This document shows positions 8,046-14,726 of a stretch of 46,222 bases of DNA, in pieces; positions within the stretch are counted from its first letter, which is position 1; the number at the start of each line of letters is the position of its first letter. Made by a program: the position numbers and the translations under genes. The DNA lies in contig JAGLYR010000147.1 in assembly GCA_023132135.1 (NCBI GenBank), positions 1-46,222 of the forward strand. Direction: 5' to 3'. This DNA is from Candidatus Eiseniibacteriota bacterium. GTDB taxonomy: Bacteria; Arandabacterota; Arandabacteria; JAGLYR01. A model generated the notes under the pieces. It was not told the origin of the DNA and ran no database searches. It was given only the letters and a program-made list of their open reading frames with translations.

Positions 8046-9299
8046 CTACTCCTGAAGCACACGCAGTAATGCGACGGGATCCACAAACAGGTTAAAGCCC
8101 TCCCGCTCGTTTCCGTCAAGTCCTCTGGCATTCGGGACGCTGGCGCGGTCGTATCGGAAGCCGGCTACCCGTCCATAGCTCATCCCCAGACCCCATCCGG
8201 AGGTCGTGCCGCAAATGTCCCCGTCTGGGTCTCTGTAGATTCCTCTTCGAAGTGTGATTACGTTGGCCAAGGTCACCTCCCACCCCGTGGTCTTGACGGT
8301 TGACTCATCCGAGAGCTGCGATTCCTTCCAGTCCCATGTCCTTCCGTAGGAGACGAGGGGGCTGAAGAACCGCGCGGCCCACCCGAGACCCATGTCATCC
8401 AGAACGGCCCTGATGCCCGGAGGAAACCCGATGGCTCCGCGAAGCGCCCATCCTTCTAGCTTCTCATTCGGCAGAGGAGCCGTTTGCTCGACATCAATGA
8501 ACGCGATCTCGGCATCGTTGTAGCCCTTCCTTCCCTGCCCATAGCCGGCATCCAGCCGCAGTCCCCCCAACGGATCGAGAAAGCCATCCAGCGGAGGAAG
8601 GAGTCCATCAAAATCGATCGAGTTGTAGGGAGTCACCCGCGCCAGGAATCCCCAGTCCTTGGCATCGCCTACTGCTTTTGCTCCCTCGCAGGTCCACGCT
8701 GTAGGTTTGGCAAGAACAACATGGACCTTGTGAGAAGCATACCCGAGGCTGAGGTCGCCAAACCGACTGATGTGGGGGCCGTCGGCTCCCAGAAGCCGGA
8801 GCATGCTGTCGACCAGCTCCCCTACACTCACACCGATTCCCCAGGACTTCGCCTCTTCCCACGACGAGAAGAAATCGCCGGGTTCGCCGCTCTCGCCCAT
8901 CGCCTGCCATATGCCGTATTCCAGTCTCGTCTTGCCGATGTCAAGGGGACGACCTGCTAGATGCAGGGTTGCTCCGAATGCGCCGACTGTGAAGCGACTC
9001 GTCTTGAGGTACACGTCATCCGCGAGACTTGGGATGAGCTGTGTTCTGCCCCAATCGTACCGAAGGCCATGGTGATAACCCAGGAGCGCCGGATTGGCCC
9101 AGTAGTTGGGATCGCCGCCCCAGAAGACGGCCGTCCCAACCCTTCCCATACCGGCCGCCCGAACAGAGGGATTGATCGCGAGACATGGAGCGGCGGCTTC
9201 AGATACGGCCTCCGACGGCGCGGATGCCACCAGGAGGAATCCTATGACGATCGCGGCCACAACGAGATGCTTATTTCTGTACATGGCAACCCGCTTCAT
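8046..9299 (-). CDS. Outer-membrane beta-barrel protein, PorV/PorQ/FadL-like
   Basis: 417-aa ORF. Signal peptide ...VAAIVIGFLLVASAPSEA. N-terminal pattern INPSVRAAGMGRVGTAVF...DPNYWANPALLGY resembles the (I/L)xPxxRaxGMGxxGxA...NPA motif of PorV/PorQ/FadL-type barrels. The remainder is rich in G/Y/W/D alternating strands. Assigned by motif only. Confidence 0.5.
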   Translation of the reverse strand: MKRVAMYRNKHLVVAAIVIGFLLVASAPSEAVSEAAAPCLAINPSVRAAGMGRVGTAVFWGGDPNYWANPALLGYHHGLRYDWGRTQLIPSLADDVYLKTSRFTVGAFGATLHLAGRPLDIGKTRLEYGIWQAMGESGEPGDFFSSWEEAKSWGIGVSVGELVDSMLRLLGADGPHISRFGDLSLGYASHKVHVVLAKPTAWTCEGAKAVGDAKDWGFLARVTPYNSIDFDGLLPPLDGFLDPLGGLRLDAGYGQGRKGYNDAEIAFIDVEQTAPLPNEKLEGWALRGAIGFPPGIRAVLDDMGLGWAARFFSPLVSYGRTWDWKESQLSDESTVKTTGWEVTLANVITLRRGIYRDPDGDICGTTSGWGLGMSYGRVAGFRYDRASVPNARGLDGNEREGFNLFVDPVALLRVLQE

Positions 9300-9302
9300 A
9301 CC

Positions 9303-9332
9303 AGTAATTCGAGTAATCCGGAGTAATTCGGG
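9303..9332. repeat. Three tandem ~10-bp repeats AGTAAT(T/C)CG(G) directly upstream of the OMP start codon
   Basis: AGTAATTCG at 9303-9311, AGTAATCCGG at 9312-9321 and AGTAATTCGGG at 9322-9332. They lie between the ATG (9299, minus strand) and repeat copy A. Confidence 0.7.
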
Positions 9333-9341
9333 ACAAAGCCG

Positions 9342-9498
9342 CTATTAGCAGAATTCGTTACCCACCTTGGGATTACGACCTTTCGTTCTTGGCCCGAGCA
9401 ATCGTCCCAGCATTTTCTCCAGCCAGCCGCTCTCCTGTGTTTCCATCCGCTCTCAAGCCTACCTGCATTCCTCAAACAGATCAAGAACTTGTGGATCA
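9342..9498. repeat. 157-bp noncoding repeat, copy A
   Basis: Direct repeat of 12884-13040 with no indels and 15 mismatches (about 90% identity). The first 52 nt (9342-9393) are identical in both copies. Confidence 0.95.
9456..9484 (-). promoter_or_regulatory. Candidate minus-strand promoter inside repeat copy A, TTGATC-17 bp-TAGGCT
   Basis: On the minus strand, -35 is at 9484-9479 and -10 at 9461-9456. Both hexamers are identical in copy B while the 17-nt spacer carries 3 substitutions. This would give a leader of about 150 nt to the OMP start. Confidence 0.35.
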
Positions 9499-9510
9499 TG
9501 TTCGACTCCC

Positions 9511-9539
9511 TTGACTCTGCCCCTCGCCCATTGTATCCT
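9511..9539 (+). promoter_or_regulatory. sigma70-like promoter, TTGACT-17 bp-TATCCT
   Basis: -35 at 9511-9516 and -10 at 9534-9539, followed by GGAGG (9549-9553) and the ATG at 9560. Confidence 0.5.
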
Positions 9540-9559
9540 TGATGCGTCGGAGGTTCCCC

Positions 9560-10198
9560 ATGTCCGCATCGCCTCGTTCAATCTTCGTCTCTGCTGCACT
9601 CATCGTCCTCATTCTGTGTCTTGGCAGCTGCGCCAAGGATGCCACCAAGCCCGAGCCTCAGCCGGAACCCCATGCACGCTCCACGCTGATGGGTACCATC
9701 GAGTTCTTTGCCCAGGCGCATGAGAACGAGGATATCGAAGCCTACACGGAATGCCTGCACCCAGAGTACGCCTTCTGGTTCTCAGAGGATGACCGAGATG
9801 ATCCTAACTGGGGCTGGCAAGACTGGATCGGCACAGTTGAAGATGTCCAGGTCACTGCGGCCATGTTTGAAGCGGAGAGCGTGAGGGACATCCGTATGAC
9901 CCTGACGAATCTGATAACGAACCCCGACTCACTGGGTTTCTACGTGGGAGGAGAGACCCGCAGCAAGCACAGTTTCACGTATTTCTGGGCGATCTTCGCT
10001 GCTGACATCCACGTTGTCGAGGAAACGCAGGATCAGGAGATCGATCGCTGGGTCGACGGCCGAGCGCACATCTTCTTGCGTCCGGATCCCAACGAGAGCA
10101 ATCTCTGGACCATCTGGAAGATCGAAGACAAGGGCAACGAGCACAAGGGCACCGAGGACACCTCTTGGTCTGGAATCAAGGCACTATTCCGGAAGTGA
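9560..10198 (+). CDS. Lipoprotein, tandem paralog A (unknown family, possibly NTF2/SnoaL-like fold)
   Basis: The ORF is open from 9539, but GGAGG lies 6 nt before the ATG at 9560. That start gives MSASPRSIFVSAALIVLILCLGSC (lipobox LGSC). Roughly half its residues are identical to the next ORF. The C-terminus reads DTSWSGIKALFRK. Confidence 0.75.
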   Translation: MSASPRSIFVSAALIVLILCLGSCAKDATKPEPQPEPHARSTLMGTIEFFAQAHENEDIEAYTECLHPEYAFWFSEDDRDDPNWGWQDWIGTVEDVQVTAAMFEAESVRDIRMTLTNLITNPDSLGFYVGGETRSKHSFTYFWAIFAADIHVVEETQDQEIDRWVDGRAHIFLRPDPNESNLWTIWKIEDKGNEHKGTEDTSWSGIKALFRK

Positions 10199-10209
10199 GG
10201 TAGCCGAGA

Positions 10210-10848
10210 ATGATGGCCGGGAGAAAGCACCAACTCACAGTCCTCTGCTTGATGGTTGTGCTTGCTGGCTGTTCGAACGAGAGCCTGAAACTGCCCCCCA
10301 TAAAGTTACCTGTCATCGAGCCCGACCGCACGACGATCGCCGGCCTGTTCGACGTCTTCCAAGACGCGCACCAGGATCGTGAAATCGATTCCTTCGCAGA
10401 GTGTCTGCATCCCGAGTACATCTTCTGGTTCTCCGAAGATGATCGGGACAGTCCCTCATGGAACTGGAACGACTTCATCAACAAGATCGAAGACCGGGAT
10501 GTTACTGATGAGATGTTCGAAGCCGAGATAGTGACGGACATCCAGATAGACTTCACGAATCTCACTTTCGATCCCGACACGCTGGATCTCTGGATTCACG
10601 AAGATACGGGAGATCCAGAACCGTTCACGTACTACTGGGGCGTCTTTGCAGTAGACATGCATGTTGTCGAGCAGACCGAGGATGGCTTGATCGATCACTG
10701 GGTGGATGGCCGTGCCCGGATGTACGTTCGGCCGGATCCGGCGTTCGAGGGCCTCTGGACCATCTGGAAGATCGAGGATCTGGGCAACGAGCACAAAGCC
10801 ACCGATGACACCTCTTGGTCCGGAATCAAGGCACTATTCCGGAAGTGA
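10210..10848 (+). CDS. Lipoprotein, tandem paralog B
   Basis: 212 aa. Lipobox in MMAGRKHQLTVLCLMVVLAGC. Shared blocks with paralog A: ECLHPEY.FWFSEDDRD, MFEAE, HVVE.T.D..ID.WVDGRA and LWTIWKIED.GNEHK. The C-terminus is the same DTSWSGIKALFRK. Confidence 0.8.
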   Translation: MMAGRKHQLTVLCLMVVLAGCSNESLKLPPIKLPVIEPDRTTIAGLFDVFQDAHQDREIDSFAECLHPEYIFWFSEDDRDSPSWNWNDFINKIEDRDVTDEMFEAEIVTDIQIDFTNLTFDPDTLDLWIHEDTGDPEPFTYYWGVFAVDMHVVEQTEDGLIDHWVDGRARMYVRPDPAFEGLWTIWKIEDLGNEHKATDDTSWSGIKALFRK

Positions 10849-10863
10849 GGTTCTGATTCGCCT

Positions 10864-12834
10864 TCACTCCTTACTCGCAGGCATCTCCCCACACACCTCA
10901 CTCAGGAACGTGCGCATCATCACGCGCACCGAATCCCAATCACACCAGATAAGCGGCCAGCCGAAGTACGCCGTGCTCCCGAGATCCGGGTCGCCGGAAC
11001 TGTCCACGATCAGGGCAGCGCAGTCGCCCTGCATGACCTGGGTGGAATCCAGGCCCGGCGGCACGAAGTAATCGAACATGTACAGGGCGCGCGCGTTGAC
11101 GTACGGGTTGATGTTGTCGGATTCGAGAACCTCTACCTCCCAGAGATACGTCGTGTCCGTCTCCGTGAAGTAGGGCCACGTGTCTCCAAAAGGAAGATCG
11201 GGGTAGACGCCGGGAATGGCCGAAATGGCTCCCCGAAAGGCATCGTGGCCGACGATGAACAGCTCCCGAATGCCGAAGGCGGTGTAGCTGATGGGAATGT
11301 TCTGGTCCGGCCGGCAGATTTCTTCGCGGTACAGGAAGGGGTAGTTGGGCCGGCCCCGGCAATCCGGGTCCAGGGACAGCCCCGGCACCTGGCCGATCAT
11401 GATCACGTTTCCCCCGACCTTGACGTAGGCATCGAGATAGCGGTTTCCCCTGTGGAACAGCTCCCGAAGACAGCTGCCCTCCTCGTCATAGAAATCGACG
11501 TACCAGATGATCGTGCGGTGCCGCCCGGCCAGAGAAACGGGAGGCGCGTCCAGCTCGTGCACCAGACAGTCCCACTCGGTGAAGGGGTATCCGGAGAGAA
11601 TGTGGTCGAGAAACCGGGCCTCGGTCTCGTCGGCATTATGACCCTCCCAGGAACCGAAGGAATGGGGAATGCCCGATGCCTGCGAGTCGTCCACCAAGAG
11701 CAGCGCGTACGTGTCACCCGTGTTCGGCCCCGCCTCTACCGTGAACTTGAACAAGCATACCGATACCTCACCCAGCTCGTCGATGGACTGCACGTACAGG
11801 ACGTGGTTGCCCAGCTCCGGCAGGAACGTCCCCCCGTTCTCGGGATACTGTGTGGAACCCGAGTACCATCGGGTCCAGACCGTGCTATCCTCCAGCGCGT
11901 ACCGGTATCCGGCAACCCGGGCGCCGTACTCCGATGCGTCGGCCTCCCACTGGAATGAGATCGGCACGCCGAGAAAAATCTCCGCCACGCGGCCCACGTA
12001 GTACGGCCCGCCATTCACCCTATTCTTCCGTGTTCCCAACACCCCGCCGTGGATCGTGATTTCTGCGGACCGGATCAGAACCGGGTCGAAGCAGCACCAG
12101 TTCTGGCCGGGCACCAGGATCTGTTCCATGGCACCGGCGTTGTCCTTACCGACGACGGCAAAGGAGTTGTGGCGGCCGGTCTCGGGGAGCATTCGCGCCA
12201 CTCCGGAGAACACGACATGCGTGCAATCAGCCCCGACCCGCGACCAGGTCGAGTCGACGGCGAGCATGATCCCCCCGGGGTTGATCTTGTAATAGAAGGA
12301 ATCCACCGTCCCTTCGTCGGGATCGAAACTGGTCCACTCGAAGAGAATGTTCGACCCGGTGGCGCTGCAGTAGTTCCGGTCACAGGGACCGCGCGTGATC
12401 GTCGTCTGGGGCGCCACAGTCTCTGCCGTGAAACTGCGGTGGGCAGGGGTGGGGTCGTGCATCCCCCCGTCGTCGACGGCCTTGATCCAGAAGGTGTGAA
12501 AACTCGCGTAGTGGGACCAGTCATCAGAAGAGGGAACGCAGCTGTCGGCCGTCACCGCAAACGTGCTCCCCGTCCCTGTGGTCCACTGCCACCGGGTCGT
12601 ATCCTCCCAAGCGAAGTAATACCCAACGACCTGGCCATCGGAGTCATTCCCAAACCAGCTTATGTCCACGCTGAAGGAGGTGATGCCGGCGTGTGGGGGC
12701 GCGCTGGAAAGCAACGTCTCGGGGGCCTGGTTCGGAATCTCGTTGCCGAACTCCGATTGCGTGCAGCCGCAGACGAGAAGAAGTACGGCGAGAATGCAAA
12801 CCCGACCATGCTGCTCCGGTGCCGTCTTCTGCAT
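10864..12834 (-). CDS. Large lipoprotein with three repeated beta-sandwich-like modules and a C-terminal domain of unknown function
   Basis: The ORF is open to the GTG at 12876. The ATG at 12834 gives MQKTAPEQHGRVCILAVLLLVCGC (lipobox). The repeated pattern W.G.D.DG.V.GY.Y...W occurs three times. The C-terminal half (ALLLVDD...YVKVGGNVIMIG) is faintly GATase1/ThuA-like, with low confidence. Confidence 0.65.
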   Translation of the reverse strand: MQKTAPEQHGRVCILAVLLLVCGCTQSEFGNEIPNQAPETLLSSAPPHAGITSFSVDISWFGNDSDGQVVGYYFAWEDTTRWQWTTGTGSTFAVTADSCVPSSDDWSHYASFHTFWIKAVDDGGMHDPTPAHRSFTAETVAPQTTITRGPCDRNYCSATGSNILFEWTSFDPDEGTVDSFYYKINPGGIMLAVDSTWSRVGADCTHVVFSGVARMLPETGRHNSFAVVGKDNAGAMEQILVPGQNWCCFDPVLIRSAEITIHGGVLGTRKNRVNGGPYYVGRVAEIFLGVPISFQWEADASEYGARVAGYRYALEDSTVWTRWYSGSTQYPENGGTFLPELGNHVLYVQSIDELGEVSVCLFKFTVEAGPNTGDTYALLLVDDSQASGIPHSFGSWEGHNADETEARFLDHILSGYPFTEWDCLVHELDAPPVSLAGRHRTIIWYVDFYDEEGSCLRELFHRGNRYLDAYVKVGGNVIMIGQVPGLSLDPDCRGRPNYPFLYREEICRPDQNIPISYTAFGIRELFIVGHDAFRGAISAIPGVYPDLPFGDTWPYFTETDTTYLWEVEVLESDNINPYVNARALYMFDYFVPPGLDSTQVMQGDCAALIVDSSGDPDLGSTAYFGWPLIWCDWDSVRVMMRTFLSEVCGEMPASKE

Positions 12835-12883
12835 GAGAGCCAAGGGTATCCTTCTCCGCCAGGGGCATTTCGGCACAGAGCCC

Positions 12884-13040
12884 CTATTAGCAGAATTCGT
12901 TACCCACCTTGGGATTACGACCTTTCGTTCTTGGCTTGAGTGATCGTCCCAGTGCTTTCTCCAGCCGGTCGCTCTCCTGTGTTTCTATCCACTCTCAAGC
13001 CTACTTGGATTCCTGAAACAGATCAAGAGCTTGTGGATCA
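12884..13040. repeat. 157-bp noncoding repeat, copy B
   Basis: Same orientation as copy A (offset 3542 bp). The identical 52-nt core is at 12884-12935. Confidence 0.95.
12998..13026 (-). promoter_or_regulatory. Candidate minus-strand promoter inside repeat copy B, TTGATC-17 bp-TAGGCT
   Basis: Hexamers identical to copy A, with -35 at 13026-13021 and -10 at 13003-12998. The implied leader to the ATG at 12834 is about 155 nt. Confidence 0.35.
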
Positions 13041-13083
13041 ATCTGCACCGCTGTCCCGAGAAACCCTCATCAAAAGCAGCATC

Positions 13084-13112
13084 TTGACTTGTTGGACCGA
13101 ATCGACTATAAT
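13084..13112 (+). promoter_or_regulatory. Near-consensus sigma70 promoter, TTGACT-17 bp-TATAAT
   Basis: -35 at 13084-13089, 17-nt spacer, -10 at 13107-13112, in an AT-rich patch about 58 nt upstream of the ATG at 13170. Confidence 0.65.
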
Positions 13113-13169
13113 TATATGTGACAGATGACGTTCCGATGACTGTGGTTCCCAGTGACCCGGGAGGATGTC

Positions 13170-14669
13170 ATGTCTGCGAACCCCTCCACCCACCGTCCCG
13201 GCCGAGCGCTCCATGCCGCGGCCTCGTTCCTGATCCCGGCGGCACTCCTGCTTCTCCTCACCCCAACCGACGCCGGGTCCCGCTTCTGGCCGAACAAGGA
13301 CTGGGAGAACCGCAAGCACAAGCTGAAGGTCTGCCTCAGCGATCCTCGCGGCCGGTGCCCCGCCGGCATGGCCGACTCCATCAAGACTGCCATCGCCATC
13401 TGGGACAGCACGGGACTCACGTGGCAGTTCACCTGGACCGACAGCTGCGATTCAGCCGACATCAAGATCCAATGCAAGGTCGTCACCGGCCTCGGCAAGT
13501 GCAGGCAGCATCCGAGTGGACTCTCGGGAGGAACCTACACGATCGATCGCGCCACCATCGACATCAACCCCTTGAAGGACTGGGGCTGGTGCGACGACAA
13601 GCAGGAGATCGTCGATGTGATCATGCACGAGCTGGGCCATTGCGCCATGCTGATGGACATCAATACGAACGATCAGACGCGCTTGATGCGGGCGGCGCGG
13701 AGAGAGCAGGGGCACAGCCGTGGACTCTCCAAGGCAGACAGCCTCGAGGCGGCATCGTCGGACACATCCGGGACCGTCGGAGTGAATTCCGCACCCCAGG
13801 GCGCCGCGAGACACAACGAGTACTCGGGAATCATCACGGCCGCACCAGGCACCCCGCCCCTCAACCTCAGCCAGGCGCAGGATATCGTTCTCACGGCCTT
13901 CCAGCCGGAGTATCTCGAGATCCTGGAATACTGGCCGATGGGCGAGGAGGAGATTTTCTGGCGCGCCCTTCCCATCAGCGACCAGGACGAGATGCAGGTC
14001 TACTTCGTGGCGATCGACTACGAGAGAGGCTGGGAAGTGCGCCAGGGGATCCTCTACGTCACAAACTTCCCGTGGGAGCCGGGATGGGCGCCGGTCGCCG
14101 TCGCCCCCGCGGATACGGTCGTTCCCAACGACACTTCGCAGGTGATTCTCGACTACCAGGCCTCTACGCACCCGAGCGGATTGGTGGAGGTCGTATCGTT
14201 CGCCTGGGTGGTGGACGATACCATCTGGGTCGAGGGCGGACCCGTGACCTCCATCATGCTACCCGAGGGCCCTCATCTCGTTGAACTCCTGGCCATGGAC
14301 GAGTACGGTCTCACCGACCGGGATACGATGTTCGTGCTCGTCGAGGAATCCGTGACCGGCGTCCTCGAGGAGAGGGACCTTCCAGCTCCTGCGAACCTGC
14401 GCCTCGATTTCCAGGTTCCCTTCCGCATGGGCGGACGCCTCGCGATCCGTTACGATCTCCCCCGCCTCTCGGACGTGGAGCTCACTGTGTACGACACGCG
14501 GGGCCGGCGAGTCGCCACCCTGGTGAAGGGTGTCCTTCCTCCCGGCCAGCGCGAAACCGCCTGGAACCTCCGGGATTCCCATGGGCATCCCGTGGCGCCA
14601 GGCATCTACTTCTGCTCCCTCAGGGTCGGCGAATCGCGGACTCTCCGGAAGATGGTGCTAGTGGACTAG
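13170..14669 (+). CDS. Secreted zinc metalloprotease (HExxH, matrixin/M10-like pattern) with divergent T9SS-type CTD
   Basis: The ORF is open from the GTG at 13152. GGGAGG lies 5 nt before the ATG at 13170. Signal-like ...ALHAAASFLIPAALLLLLTPTDAGS. Zinc motif VIMHELGHCAMLMD. C-terminal domain: RLAIRYDLPRLSDVELTVYDTRGRRVATL...GIYFCSLRV...RKMVLVD. Confidence 0.75.
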   Translation: MSANPSTHRPGRALHAAASFLIPAALLLLLTPTDAGSRFWPNKDWENRKHKLKVCLSDPRGRCPAGMADSIKTAIAIWDSTGLTWQFTWTDSCDSADIKIQCKVVTGLGKCRQHPSGLSGGTYTIDRATIDINPLKDWGWCDDKQEIVDVIMHELGHCAMLMDINTNDQTRLMRAARREQGHSRGLSKADSLEAASSDTSGTVGVNSAPQGAARHNEYSGIITAAPGTPPLNLSQAQDIVLTAFQPEYLEILEYWPMGEEEIFWRALPISDQDEMQVYFVAIDYERGWEVRQGILYVTNFPWEPGWAPVAVAPADTVVPNDTSQVILDYQASTHPSGLVEVVSFAWVVDDTIWVEGGPVTSIMLPEGPHLVELLAMDEYGLTDRDTMFVLVEESVTGVLEERDLPAPANLRLDFQVPFRMGGRLAIRYDLPRLSDVELTVYDTRGRRVATLVKGVLPPGQRETAWNLRDSHGHPVAPGIYFCSLRVGESRTLRKMVLVD

Positions 14670-14686
14670 CCTGGATAACCCAGGCT
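14668..14686. terminator. Short hairpin between convergent genes (weak terminator candidate)
   Basis: AGCCTGG-ATAAC-CCAGGCT, a 7-bp stem overlapping the TAG stop of the metalloprotease gene. There is no clear U-tract on either strand. Confidence 0.3.
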
Positions 14687-14726
14687 AAACGGGACTATGC
14701 TCTGACCAGCTCAGGGCCGAGAAACC

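Noticed and set aside
9342-9393. A sigma54 (-24/-12) promoter in the invariant 52-nt core. Read on the minus strand it contains TGGGTAACGAATTCTGC.
   Set aside because: The spacing between the TGG and TGC elements is 11 nt, whereas the consensus TGGCAC-N5-TTGC requires 9 nt. Shifting the register still does not place GG and GC 12 nt apart. Bacteroidota-type TAnnTTTG and common ECF (GAAC-N16-CGT) patterns also do not fit.
9367-9723. Plus-strand ORFs running through the repeats (9367..9723 and 12940..13128) as conserved small proteins.
   Set aside because: The two copies are read in different frames and lengths by these ORFs. In the one shared frame, 8 of 10 substitutions are non-synonymous and copy B hits an early stop. 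They also run through the predicted sigma70 promoters of the downstream genes.
14661-14680. Shared short strings right after stop codons. GTGGACTAGCCTG is at 14661-14673 and 40831-40843. CCTGGATAACCC is at 14670-14681 and 34016-34027. These were considered as a conserved post-stop element.
   Set aside because: Identical 12-13-mers are expected by chance tens of times among all position pairs in a 46-kb GC-rich window. The similarity does not extend beyond these strings.
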